Shown here: positions 47,168 to 60,264 of the stretch, piece by piece
How positions within the stretch are numbered: position 1 is the first letter of the stretch
Layout of the letters: every line of letters starts with the position of its first letter
From: Lepidodermella squamata
Taxonomy: Eukaryota > Animalia > Gastrotricha
Assembly: GCA_047495785.1 (NCBI GenBank)
Contig: JBLDXI010000024.1
Location: 2,294,001 to 2,358,000, forward strand
Direction: 5' to 3'
Length of the DNA: 64,000 nucleotides
Notes under the pieces: generated by a model
Databases searched by the model: none
The model's input: the letters and a program-made list of their open reading frames with translations, nothing else
What the model was told of the DNA's origin: nothing
Position numbers and translations under genes: made by a program

Positions 47168-50100
47168 ATGTTTTTACACATCAATGTAGTTACAATTCTT
47201 GTAGCTTTGACGAATTCGGTCAACGCTGATTACAAGCGATGCATATCACGATGGAATGATCAATTTATGGGCTGTAAAGTGGCGTGTTCAACCTTCAATG
47301 AAACCCAGGTTACCAGTTAAAAAGCTAATTTTTTTCGGAACATTTTATAGCGAAATTGATGTTAGTTGGGACGGTCGCGATCGACGTATAAATCATGCTG
47401 GTTTGGAGTAAGGATTTACCATTTTTATCGACTTTATTGGAAAAGCTGAACCTTTGTGAACAGTCTGTTCGAAGCTGCTACAACTTCAAAACATTTTCCG
47501 TGCGATGCATTCCTTACAGTGAACGCTGCTCGACCGATGAAGTGCCTGTAATTCCTTTCTGTTTTTTTTTTAATTCCATTGATCAACTCTATATCTAAAA
47601 TTTCAGCACCTCATATTTACCGGCAAGATATTCAGTCAACGATATGAAGTCTGTCGACAAATGGCGATTAATCTCATGGTTTGTAAGGAGGATAAGCTTT
47701 AAAGCCCCGAACTCTTAATTTTTTGTTTGAAGGACCATCCTGCTAATTGGTGCCAGGATAAATTTGGCAAAACAACCTGCTATCCATTTCCAATCAATTG
47801 CCCAGGCAAACGGGTGAGGATTTATTCCTATCCTTTTGATTTATTAAGAGTTATTGCAAGCAGGATAAGGGATCGGCTGTCAAAACCATGACCAGGTGCT
47901 TGAAAAAGAATGGCGGTATCTCTGGTGTCTCGAAAATGGGGTTAAATGCTGTTTTTTTCGATATTTTAGTTACATCAACGGATCACTTGCCTCACTTGCG
48001 CTGTTTCTCGAAGTTCGATCGTTCTTTTGCTGGCTGTAAAGAAGATTCGAAAGGATGCGACTCCGGCGAAACAGAGGTGAGGTTAAACAAGGTTGACTTT
48101 GATTTATTACGCTCCTTACTATGTATTAGGATTATAGCAATGGCATCTACAACGACAAAGACCACTGTTCAATAGGCGTTAGTTTCATGCTCATTCAACC
48201 TTTTATATTGGTTAATATATTTTTGCATCATAGCCTGCGGCGTTGTGCAAGTCATCAGCTGGATACTTATGCCGAGGGCGCTGCAAATCACCGATGACCT
48301 TGGTATTATAATATTTCCCCTTGCAATTCTGAGTTATCTGATGTCATTTATAGGTGGCAGCATTTTCTTCCAAAAACTTATTCGACGCCAATTACGCTGA
48401 TTGCCTCAAGTATCTCGCGGGGTTCAAGGTCAGCGATAATAGATCTATCAGATTGGTAATAAACCGTTTATCCAGCCTTCTCAAGGCAGCCGTCAGTGCC
48501 GAGTGTATTTGCCATTCGACAGCGATATCAAATACCACTCGATTTCTCCGGCTGCAACGTTTGGCTACGGCGATTTCTCGATTGACAACTCAACTTCAGC
48601 TCGTGGACGGGGCTCGCTTTTTCTGAATGGGACCAGAATCGAAATTCCGAACGTTATCAGCTACGGCAGTGAATATTCGATATGCCTGTTTTACAAGTAA
48701 TTCTAAGGAAATGTATTTTTTTAATTCAAATACCTGTATTTAGGACCGATGGCTCTGACCAAGGTGATCTGGTTTCCAACAGCAAGTGCTATGGGGGTTC
48801 GGAAGTCTCCCTGTCGATTTCCCACGTGTCAAAAAACGAAGACTCGAGTTTGTCCTATCGAGTGCTATCCAAATTGTTGCAGCCAGCTTTCAGCGTCAAC
48901 CATACTTCGTCCGCCGCTTTCGACTCGTTAACTGGGGAATATTATGCGCAACTTTGCGTTGTAGTGGCAGATGGGACTGTCAGCATCTATGAAAACGACG
49001 TGAGTCTGTTCGCATGCTCAATCTTGTATGACCATTCTTGTTTATCATAGGTGATGTCTCGAGATTATGAGTCAAATGGCTCGGTTTTCGTGTCTAATTG
49101 CCCCTACCAGATCGGTTCGGCCGATTTTATTGGCCACATCGACGAAGTTCTGATCTGCGATTTCGCTATGACAGCCTTTGAAGTGGACGCGCATTACGCT
49201 GGGCCTGTCTCGCTCCAAAACGCCGGTCTCATCCCGCCGCCATTGACGCCTCGCCGCCGCTACAACGATACACTGCCTAAACCCAGTCCATACAACGCAT
49301 GTGGTCACAGCAAATACTGGAATGTTGACGAAGATTTGTTGCCAAGTGTTGGAATCGTCGGCGGTACGGAATCGGCTGAGAATGAATTCCCATGGCAGGT
49401 AACGAGTTTCATCTCGATTCCAAGGAAGCTTCTCAATTCGTTATTAGGCTCTCATGCTTATAGTATTCGAAGAAGAACCGTTCAAGTGCGGCGCAGCTGT
49501 CCTGAGTGATCGATGGCTTCTAACTGCGTAACGTTTATCATTTGATTTGAAACAATTTGGCATTAAAATCTTCCGTATGATAGAGGCCACTGCTGTTATT
49601 CAACAAACCCAATCCTGTAAGCTAATAATCAAACAGATGAGTAAATGACTGGTTTTTTATTTCCACAGGGAAACATTGGTGTTGCTTGGTGGCAATAGCG
49701 GTTGGCAAGGTAGCCTAAATGAGACCATCGCGCTCTACAACACGGTTCGAAAGACCACTCGGAACATTATTCATCCTTTGTTCAACGATGCCACCCTGTC
49801 CCACGATTTTTGCCTCATGGAGGTCTCCGAGCAGATACCACTTGATAGCTGGGCAATTCAACCTATCTGTCTCCCAACCAATTGCTCTGATTCGTGTTTG
49901 CCCGATGAGCGGGTTTTGATATCCGGCTATGGCTCTACAAGTTATATGGCCGATCTGACGAAGCGCCAGTTCAATGCAATGGTACCAATTGTTGAAAGCT
50001 CGAAATGTGAACAGCGCTACGGTCTAGAAAATGGCACGCTGGCTGATATGGAGTCATTTTGTGCTGGCTATGATGGCGAGGGCGGGATGGATGCGTGCAT

Positions 50101-50260
50101 TGGTGATTCTGGAGGACCTATCGGCTGCTTCAAAAATGGCTATTTCGTTCTTCAGGGTCTTACCTCAGGCGGTTATGGATGTGCCGAGCCCCGGTATCCC
50201 GGCGTCTATGCAGATGTTTGCCAAGTCATAGACTGGATCAGGTCTTATGTGCCACTGTGA
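47168..50260 (+). CDS. Secreted Cys-rich/LamG-like/trypsin protease, copy 3
   Basis: All exons can be spliced in frame; AGHCC / HDFCL / GDSGGP. Closest to copy 2, in inverted orientation. Confidence 0.87.
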
Positions 50261-52994
50261 GAAGAGGACAATAAGACTTCGAATGTTTTCACAATTTGGA
50301 AACAGTGTTTCGGGATATTTTCAAGGATTTTCACCAGAACAGTCTGATTAAAATTTGTATTATTAGGGGTTTACTGCTGGCAGAACCGAATTTATTTGCT
50401 TCGCTGCCTAATACCAAATATGTCGAATAATTTTGCTTAAGATTAATTGTACTTCACCATTTTAGAGGAAATTTCGGTTCGCTGCGGTCAGCTTTGGTTC
50501 TGCGATGAGATGTTCTGTTAATTTGTTCAAGAAACCAGATTTTCTTGTATTTATTCCAAAAATAAAGATGAACGAAGGTGAGAGTCGTAAAGCAACTTTT
50601 TCCAAGTGGAACAAGCGGATTCTTGAGAGATTTTGATCGAAATCTTAGTTGATTTATGTACTGCCTTGTGAACTTTCATAAAATATGTTGCTGCGATCTT
50701 GGCAATATCGATATATTGGCGTTTTCTTTTTTGGAGCCTTACGCATCAACACTGCTGCGCGTGCCTGAAAATTATAATTTGTTAGAATCGTGCTTTTACA
50801 AATTTATCGGCCTAGTTTTCAAATAATAACCTGTAAATTGTCATCCAGCAAGCGAGTATTTCAAACTTTTTATTCGATAGAGTGATTTATCATGGCTGTT
50901 GCCTTGGTTATTCTTGCTGTGCTATTCATATCAATCGGCCATACTTTGGCGGCGCCTGAGTTCAGGCGATGTATCTCACGCATGGATGATAAGTTTACAG
51001 GGTGTAAATCGACGTGTTCCTTCTTCGATGAAGTTCAGGTGATAAAAGGTTTCAAGGTTTCGAATATTTCTAAATTTAATTTATTCGCAGCTGGGGCGGC
51101 CGCGGGCAAGTGAAGTGTCTTGCACAACAGGCGTAAAATTTAAATTATCCGAATTTACTCTATTCTGGTATTAATCTCCATTGAACAGTCAGTGCGAAGC
51201 TGCTACAACCCAGGAAAAGTTACGCTGAGATGCATTGCCAACAGTGAAAATTGCTGGAGCGATGAAATACCGGTTAGTCTTCGGAAATAATTTCTTCAAT
51301 ACGATTTAACCATTCGCCTTTTTTCCAGCATCTCAGATTTATTGGCAAGAAATTTGGTCCGCGTTACGAAGACTGCCGCAAAATATCGGCAAACCTAATA
51401 GTTTTGTGATTACTATAGAGATTCCTTGTAACACTATTGTCTTCCTATAGAACTACCCAGCACATTTTTGCCAAGATAAATCGGGCAGTTCAACCTGTTA
51501 TCCGATCGACATTGCATGTCCTAATGGGACGGTGAGAATTTTTAAGATCTACCTTCTATTTTCGCCTAGAACATTTTTCTTGCAGACGCTGGCTTCATCG
51601 GTCAAAACCATGGCAAGATGTTTGAAAAAGCGAGGCGGTAAAAGTGGAACTTCTCTGAAATTGGGTCAATTTTATAACTTGTTCGATAATGTTTAGTCGC
51701 ATCGACTGATTTTTACCCGCATGTGCGTTGTTTTTCAAAAATCGATCGTTCTTTTGCTGGCTGTAAAAAAAATCCGACAGGCTGCGGTGTTGGTGAAACG
51801 GGGGTGAGGAGTTTTGTGGAATTTGTATAACGTATACTCAATATTTTTGGCTTTCCAGGTGTATAGCCAGGGTACCTACATCGACAAGGCACATTGTTCA
51901 AAGGGCGTTAGTTATTCACGTCATTATTCAAAGCCGTCAATAATTTCTCACCACATATAGCCTGTTGCGTTGTGCAAATCATCTGCTGGGTACTTATGTC
52001 GTGGACGGTGCAAATCGCCGATGACCCTGGTAAGTAAGAGTGCCATTGCGTATCAGGACTGACGAATTGTCTTTACCAGGTCTCCGGATTTTCAAACTAC
52101 ACAGATTTCAATTCGAATTACGCCGAGTGTCTCAAATACCTGGCTACATTCAAGGTGGGATCTTGATAGCTACTAGGAACATTTTGTATTATGTTTTTCA
52201 AGCCACCTCAATCTTCCGCCGGACCCCGGCAATGCCGCGTGTATTTACCGTTCGACAGCGATATATCAATGACCATTCGATTTCTCCAGTATCGACAGTT
52301 GGTTACGGCGATTTCTCTATCGACAACTCAACTTCAGCCCGAGGAAGGAGCTCACTCTACGTCAACGGCGGCAGAGTCGAAATTCCCAACGTTATATCCT
52401 ATGGCAATGAGTTCTCGGTCTGCTTTTTCTACAGGTAAATTAAGATATCGTACGAGCTGTGAAGTAAACGTTTATAAATTTTTAGGGCTGACATGCTGTC
52501 ATCAATGTCATCAGTGCCCATATTGCGGGCCGAAAATCCCCTGCGACTGTCACGTTTATTTTGAATTGTTTATTAAATATTTTATATTAAATAATAATAT
52601 TGTTAATCGGAATAATATAAAAAAAATTAATTAGCGACGTTGATAGCAACGGGGCTGCGGGGCTGCGGGGTTGCTGGTCCTTTCGCGGTTTATCGTCTCC
52701 AGCTGTTCCAAGAGGGTTTAACTCTCACGTCTGCCGTCTACTATTGCTGAGGGTGCATGTGCATTCTTGTTCGAGTCTGTCTTGATCATTCCATTTAAAA
52801 ACAGGGTTGGTTGACAAATAGCGGCTGTCGAATGCTTCAGGATGAGTATAGGACAGCGATCATCGATGACCTATTTCTCCCTTCTCCGATCAAGCCCTAG
52901 CTAAAGCCTGCCAACATCGATCATACGCTGTAGTTTGCTGGTTCTCATTACCTTCGCATGTATTGCTTCTACCCATAGATATTAACTTATTGCG

Positions 52995-53718
52995 ATGATG
53001 AGTTCACTCGAATTGTTCCTACGCGGGCGTGTGTTTCGCAAGTCCATTGCTAAGCAGCCGATCGAGCCTTCCCTGATCGCCAATGTCGACATCAAGGCCC
53101 TCTGTGAATGCGCCGAATCGTTGCCAAATCTTGACTTGCGAACCTCAGGCCAGTTAATTTATTCTCTTAGTGTCACTTACAGCCTGAAAATTGACAGGCT
53201 GTTTCACGATGCTAATGATGCTTCGTGCATTTTACAAGTAGATATGTCTAGACGGAGAGCGGAGCGTCCCGATACGAACACCTATCTGGCGACCGCTCTT
53301 GTTCAGCTTGGTTGTGCGGATATTTCTGACGCTATTGCCTCGCATATGGTAAGCTCGCAGTTATGAATTGTTCACCTAATTCTTTGGTAATTATTTAGCC
53401 GCTTGAAATGCTACCGAGGTACAAACTGAGATTGAGTCTGTTAGCGTACAACCGTATGATGAATCTTTGTTTCCGGCTGGCTCGCACATTTTTCACAGTT
53501 TATTACGACTTGACGATGATAGCGATCGCTTTTTCTATAATCAATTATCTTCCCTTGTTGCCTCGAATAATCTCAGCTTCAATGACGTCGTGAATAATTT
53601 AGATCGTAAAAACGTTTCGAAAGCGTTCTTCGGCTTATTATTAGCTGTGAAAAATGAAAAAATCCTTGTCAATATTGAAGGTTCTGAATTGATTATGTGC
53701 GCCTCTCTTCATGTGTGA
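52995..53718 (+). CDS. Miniature Rad21/Rec8-like alpha-kleisin (N-terminal domain + C-terminal winged helix), transposon cargo; 1-nt frameshift as given
   Basis: Exon 1: VDIKALC...LRTSGQLIYSLSVTYSLKIDRLFHDANDA. Exon 2: LSFNDVVNNLDRKNVSKAFFGLLLAVKNEKILVNIE. Intron 53349-53398. Confidence 0.8.
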
Positions 53719-53908
53719 TTTTGATTTCAAATGCGAGTAATGTTGAAACTTGCCCTCACGAAAAATGTGGATGTGTTGTAATTTTGTTAAATTGTTCAAG
53801 ACTCGCCAGTTTCACCCTAGCTGCAAAATAAATATACGATGGTATTTTCGTTTGATTTTTGTTCTATATTACACGTCTACAACCAGAAGGAAAAAGCACC
53901 AATCTATC

Positions 53909-54337
53909 TCAATTATTGTTTATTTTATTCATTTCACGAGTGTTTTTTGGCCTGACAGCGTTATCACAAGGTTTTAGAGAAATTGTACATCCAGCTAGTT
54001 GAAATCGAGGTAACGGGTCCCAAGTGCTATAATTTACAGCCGGCCGCTGCTCCCAGTCAATAATGTCATCTTCGTCGATATACGTCACAACGGGTTGATC
54101 ACCCAATGCTGAAAATGATAAAAAGAAAATATAATTTGAAACACGTAATTTTTATAACAAACCTCGCTTTGTTGCCGCCGCTCGCTTTTCCGCAGATTCT
54201 ACAGTAGCGGCAGTTAATGCCGCTTTTCGCAGTCTATCGCGTTCTTGATCCGCGGCTATTTTCTCAGCAGAGCGGTTAGCGCGATACACTCGCATTCTAA
54301 TTTTGTGTTCAAGCAATTGCTCAGGCGTTCTTGGCAT
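53909..54337 (-). CDS. Transposon cargo ORF2, small protein with a charged helical (STPR-like) N-terminus
   Basis: MPRTPEQLLEHKIRMRVYRANRSAEKIAADQERDRLRK...; a phase-1 GT-AG intron at ~54110-54161 joins it to ALGDQPVV... Confidence 0.5.
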
Positions 54338-55268
54338 TTTTTCAAAATTGCGATTGAAAGAATAATTTTCCTATTTTCACGTGTACTTCGTTTTTTTCAA
54401 TTCAATTTCGGGACGAGAATAGCAACACATGATTTTATCATCGATTGACACCTGGAACAGCTACGGCGTGAGCGAGTGCTGTTGTGCGCGATCTGTAGAA
54501 TAGCTATTGTATAGCCACACACATCTTCTATTCATTTCAATTCACGCCTTATTGTCAGCGTCAACCAGCTGCATTGTTCTTACTTTTTTCACACCTTTCC
54601 GTGGTTTTCCGTGGTCGAATTTTGGTTTCGAGGCCCGAGCGCACCTGTTCGTGTTCGTGCGTGCATCTACTTGTGTTTGCGTGCGCGCTAGGGATGGATT
54701 GTAACGCGCCTGTTTACTTATCAAACAGCGGTGTTATTTAGCCGAATCAAAAGGTTGACTAGGTGTTTGATCTATAATCACCGCTATCATAGCAGCGGAA
54801 TCATCGCCGCCATTTACACCTGTTAGGCGCCGGCTGTTTTGTAGTAGCAATAATATATTAAAATTATACGCCAATCAGCTTCGACTCATTGTCGAAATCA
54901 TTGCCCTCGTTTTTCGATTGTAGATTAATACATCGCTTCGCGAAGAGTTACTGCTATACGTGCGCGGTCCAAGCAGTATTATTAATTCTCTCGCTTTCCG
55001 CGCCTCAGATCTCGTTTAATTGAATTGCGCTTGCGCGTATTTGTAGGCCCATGCGCCAAAACGCTTGATATTTCCTATCCGCTCGCTAAATGCGCTCATT
55101 TTATCAACCAAATTACCTAAGTTGCGCGCCCAATTTTTTTATAAATTCGTTGTTGCGCTCGCTTCGACTCCTGTTCCGATTTATCTATTGCGTTAATTAG
55201 ACGCCTTAATAAATATTTTTATAAGTATCTTTTTCATCCTTAGTTGTTGTTGATTATCCACCTTAATT

Positions 55269-55859
55269 ATGGCCTATTGTTTGCGGGAGCGCGCAACTTT
55301 GAAGAAGCCTGTGATTTATGGCTCTGCCGTGACTGAATTTCGGCGCGTCGACGATTACTTAAAGAAACAGCAACAAGTGCGGCTCGTTCGCGTCCTTGAA
55401 CTCCAGCTGTTCGATCCTTTCGCTGTTTTTGATCGCCGAAAAGAGATGCTATTCCTGGCCAATCAAGTGGTTTTAGCACTCGAAACCCAGCTCAACCGCG
55501 ATGCAGCTAAGCCAATGCTGAATCAGCTCAAGGTCGTAGCCCGTCATTGCGTTTTTCCCGCAGGTAAGTTGGCTCAGCAGGAAATTTTTAAAAGGTGGGT
55601 AAACGGTGACTAATGCGCGATTACGATTAAAATTTGTGAATTTTGTAGCGAGAAAAAGCGCTACATTCGCATTTCGGCCGAACATCTTGCAGAGATATTC
55701 CGTCGTTTCGATATTGTCGTCTCGCTTTTCGCTCTGAAAAGAAACACTAGAACCAGCCTTGTTAATAATGTATCTTTCTCTATGAAAAAACCCATAATTG
55801 AAAACTCGCCTCAGGCCATTTGCAAGGCTATTATTCGTCTCAATTCAGTTCGAGTCTGA
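55269..55859 (+). CDS. Transposon cargo ORF3, unknown protein
   Basis: ATG ORF; intron 55595-55648 (phase 2) continues the frame EKKRYIRISAEHL... to a stop at 55857-55859. Confidence 0.5.
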
Positions 55860-55919
55860 AATCTGTTTTTTATTTATTTTAGAATCTCCTCATTTTATTT
55901 ACATATCTATATCGACGTT

Positions 55920-56357
55920 ATGTCTTCGGTGTCTAATAAGCGTCCCCGTCGTAAAGTTGACATAATGGAGCGAAAACTGAAGGCGCCTCCCAGTACCCCC
56001 AAGCAACGGCGACAGCCCCGCGTTGTAGCTGATCGCCAAAAGTCGCCATGCAAAAAGGTTGAAGAGGTAATTTCACTCTAAATTCACTCTAAATTTTTTA
56101 ATTGGCTCTGTTATTTTATATTTCAGCATCCCGATCATCGCATCCACCCGAAAACACCTACAACCGACGAGGAGGTGGCGGCCTATTACGATCTCGAGCC
56201 TCGCGTGCTTATGAGCAATCGATACCGCCTTGACCCCGATCACAATCGCAACAGCGGTGCTGCCAAGCAGGAACGCCGTATTTTGTTTCGTCTGTTTTGC
56301 TCGAACATGGGCAAAATACAACCAGCGCCGAAACCTAAGCGACTTTTTAAGAAGTGA
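55920..56357 (+). CDS. Transposon cargo ORF4, small basic protein
   Basis: MSSVSNKRPRRK...STPK...KSPCKKVEE|HPDH...KPKRLFKK; clean phase-0 intron 56067-56126. Confidence 0.55.
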
Positions 56358-57415
56358 TACTTTTGATTTTCTGATTTTCTGATTTTCTCGATGCTTCATG
56401 TTTAATAATGCTCTTCATCGCAATCGTTGCTTCATCGCAATATTGTACTTTCGGATTAATATTCGTAAAATACGAAATAAAAACGCATGATTGGCCTGCT
56501 TTTATTTGTTCCCTTTTTGGAATAAATTGGGAAGTAGTTAATAGCGGTGCCTGATGATTTTGACCTCGAAACATCAAACAAAAGCAGCAATTGGATTCTA
56601 GGCAGGAATTATATTAACAGAAAGGCTGAGAAAGAGCTGAGTTTTGATCGGAGGATTCAATGATATAGAGCTCATAAAATTATTAATATCAATTTTAACG
56701 TGTCGAATAATTTCACAAAAAACGAGGTTGCTTTACGATAGCCGAGCTAAAATGCTAATTCGTAGGAAATCGGAAAGCATTTATCAATGAAACCAGTCGA
56801 TGCGAGAATATGGTGGTTATAACATAATAAAACGCGCAATTTTCTGCTCGAGCACAAGAATTGGTTATCAAAGACGAGCTCATAGAAGGGCATAGGAATT
56901 ATTAAAAAATATCAAGGTGCCTATATACGGCCATAAATTATCGACATATAGGTAGGACGGGTTAGACCCCAAATCATTAAGGCGGCTGGCGGCTGAGAAT
57001 GTCATAAATAAAATCAAAGAAATCAAAGTAATATTGCTAACTTATTTAGGGACAGAATGATTGACCATCTTTCTTGAAAAGCGGCGAAGTAATATACAGT
57101 ATAAATATTATATGAAAGCACAATTAACGTGATTTGCAAGACGTATCCTCAGAGAGAGCAAATCATTAAGGCGGCTTTACATAAATTTATTGCCCAGCAT
57201 CGATTAGCATCGTTTAGTGGGACTAGTTAAGACCACAAATAATTATCATACAGTCGTGGAAACACACGTATAATATCCCAAGATTTGATATCAATATAAT
57301 TGGCGAATCATAATAACAATTACAGCGCCATCGCAGATGAAAGAAAATAATCAGGAAAAAGATGAAATATTAAGACGGCTATATTAAATATATAACAATG
57401 ACAGAAACAAATATA

Positions 57416-60264
57416 TCACATATCACCATCGCAGGTGAAATCAAACGGTTCCACAGAATCGTCTGCAGTGAAGATCACCGCTGCCCTGCCTTCGGCTACG
57501 TCGTCCTCGACTCGAGTCGCCAGAGTAGCCAGCTGGATGTTGTAGAGCCTCATCAGCTGCTGACTTTCGTCGTTGTTGACGCGGCATACCTGGTTCGACA
57601 ACTGGTTTTTGCCGACCTTGTTCGAGAGCTCGACGTTATCGCCCGATATAGCCGACAGATAAGTGCCCTCCTGCCTCAGCCTCGCCAGACGATCGTGCGA
57701 ATGGAACTGGAAGATGTGGAGGTAAGGAGTATAGCATCCACTTAGTCGTCGAAGAATGTTGGCAAAGTCATGGAAATCGGCGGGTGTCTCGGGGATTGGC
57801 TTGGAGCCGTCGCCACAGCGAATGACAGCGAAAAGCTGCTTGAAGAGAGCTTTTGCCTCGCCAAATTGCACCAACTTCGTTTGCATGGAACTAGGTTCCA
57901 GCGAATTTAGCATGCCAGCATCGACGCAGAGCTGAGCCAAGTCCGCCGGGCTGGACTTCTTGTCGAATATAACATTTTTCGAGACTAAGAAATTGATGAG
58001 AGGCTTCTTGGCGCGGCCGAACGAAGCAAGAAGATATTTAGCCTCCCAGCCTCCCCGGCACAGTTGAAGAGGACACCAAGACTCCTCCGAGTCGAAAACC
58101 ACCTTGAAAAGAGTGTGGTGATTCATGTGGTGCACGGCGATGTCCTCTTTCACGAACGCGATTTCAGCCTTTTTATCGAACGATCGCAAAAGGCAGACAA
58201 TTTTCGATTCATAATCTTCGATTTCTTTTTTCATGAAGAGGAATAACTAAAAAATTAGGTAAATGTGAGGTAAATAAGCTGAAAGGACTTCATTTTCTAC
58301 TCACGGCTCGTAAAAAAAGAAACGCGATTCTCAGAGCAGCATGCAGCGTGCATAGATAGATGTCATCGCTGTCGACATCGAGTAGCGAATCAGGCAAGGG
58401 TCGCTTTGGTTTCCGGTCCAGCTCTGTGATGAGGACATCCAGAGGCTTGGCATCATCAACGAAATTGAAGGTGCAGAACGGACAGGCTAGAGCATCGGTA
58501 TAGCTCGTGCCAACGATTTTGCAGATGGCAGGCAGGTCGGCGCATAGAGACCTGTCCGCAAAATTCTCAGATAAATATTGCCATAAAAGCCAAAATTTTT
58601 GCTTACAATTTAACGGTTAACTTAGTGCCATCATCAAGAAGAACACCGTTCACTTTTATGGCGTTGAAATCAGCGAAGACAGGCGAGAGGAGCTCCAAGT
58701 TGTGACGAGTCTCCTTGCCCATCAAAACAGCAGCCAGATATTCGGTTTTTGTAGTAACACGCGTCTTCTGATGATGAAAGGCGAAATTCATTCGATAATG
58801 AGGATCTTTCCCAGTTCGAAAGACGGTACCATCACCTAGAAAAACCGACATATTCAAGATGAGAGACATTTAAGAAAGCTTAAAGGGCTCATCAAAGATT
58901 ATATAGCCAATGAAAAGTCGGCAACTATTGAAATTATGAATAATACCTTGTACTCGGCAGACTACTGTGTTGGTGTTAGGTCGAGGAACAATTCCGTTTC
59001 GGAAGAGATAAGGCATCTGCTTGCTGGGCAGGATGAACGCAGCATTGCTAAAACCTTCGACCTCATCGGTTACATCCCTTTCTGGCGGAACCACCACGCT
59101 AATCGGCAGGATAGAGCCAAGCTTCTTCTTTTCAGCCAAGAACTCTCGCTGAGTAATCTGGCACCAGGAGGTATTGCATTGGCGCAAGGCATCTTTAACC
59201 GAGAGGTAGCGAGAGGAATAATCGCGCATCACACTGAAGTTGACAGGGAAAAGAATATAATAATAGCATTTAAAAAATATCAGCAACTTACTCGCGCAGG
59301 GTATTAGCTTTAGCATCGGCATCGCCAAACCATAACTTCCTCGCTGGTATTCCACCATCGAAATTGACCTAGAAGGAACACATGAGACACATTAATTCTC
59401 TTCAATCTGGCAATGATTTAATTTTAGTCAAACCTGGACAGACAATGATTTCACAGGATAGAAATCGCCGCGGCTTTGTACATCATCGAAGATCGACTGA
59501 ATTGGTCGAATCAATTCACTCCGATGCCTCAGAGACCTCTTCTGCCGAGACAACTGAGCCAAAGGAAGTTGAGCTTTCTCGGCAGTCAAATGGCCAACAT
59601 GCCGCCCATTCGGAGCAAATTTCTTAAGGCGTAGCACTTGCGCCCGAGCAATCTCATACTTCCGCTTTTCAGCAGTGAGTTGAGTTTCTATCAAACAACA
59701 GCTGCAATTAGACATTACTTCCAAAAATGCTAATACTTACTGAGACTATGAATTGCTTTCGCAGCGTCATCTTCTAGTGGCCGTTTCACCGCCACCTTCG
59801 CTGGGGTAGCAACGGCAGGAGGTGCTCGGTTTTCAGAGGTCACTAGATTATAAAGTAAGTCAATGGAATCAAAAGCAATTAATAAGAAGCTAACAATTTC
59901 TAGAGCTAGCCTTTGGCGTGGCATGAACGGAAGGAATCGCTTTCTTAATAGGAACTGGTAATAAATCACATGTGAGAAATGCTAGTAAGAAGCAAAGCAC
60001 TCAGTTTAAAAGTCATACCAGAGCGATTACCGAAAGCAGAAGTAAGCAAGGGCGAACCCGCTAGCATAGGCGATCTTGGTTGTGGCGAAGCACCATTGAG
60101 AACTAGCATGAAACACAGTAAGTTGAGTTGATACCACTATAAAATAATCTGAAAAAAGCCTAACCAGAAACAATGCGAGGTGTGCTGCTACCATCAGTAG
60201 CTGAGGTTGAAGGCGTAGATAGCTGCTTCAGCAAGCCTGCCGAAGAATGGCCCCAAGTAGACAT
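57416..60264 (-). CDS. RAG1/Transib/CMC-like DDE transposase, multi-exon, apparently intact
   Basis: Spliced product has, in order, GDGT, GKET, CADLPA, CPFC, LHAALRI, YTPYLHIFQFH, SGDNVELSNK. All core introns splice in phase with no stops. Confidence 0.85.

Noticed and set aside
52261-52264. Extra AT in protease copy 4 as a Tc1/mariner excision footprint
   Set aside because: Dinucleotide slippage or a sequencing error explains it equally well; no further evidence.
55269-56357. RAG2-like partner gene convergent with the RAG1-like transposase (ProtoRAG layout)
   Set aside because: The ORFs are short with no kelch repeats or PHD finger. The TIRs lack a CACAGTG heptamer/nonamer and the TSD is 2 bp, not 5 bp.
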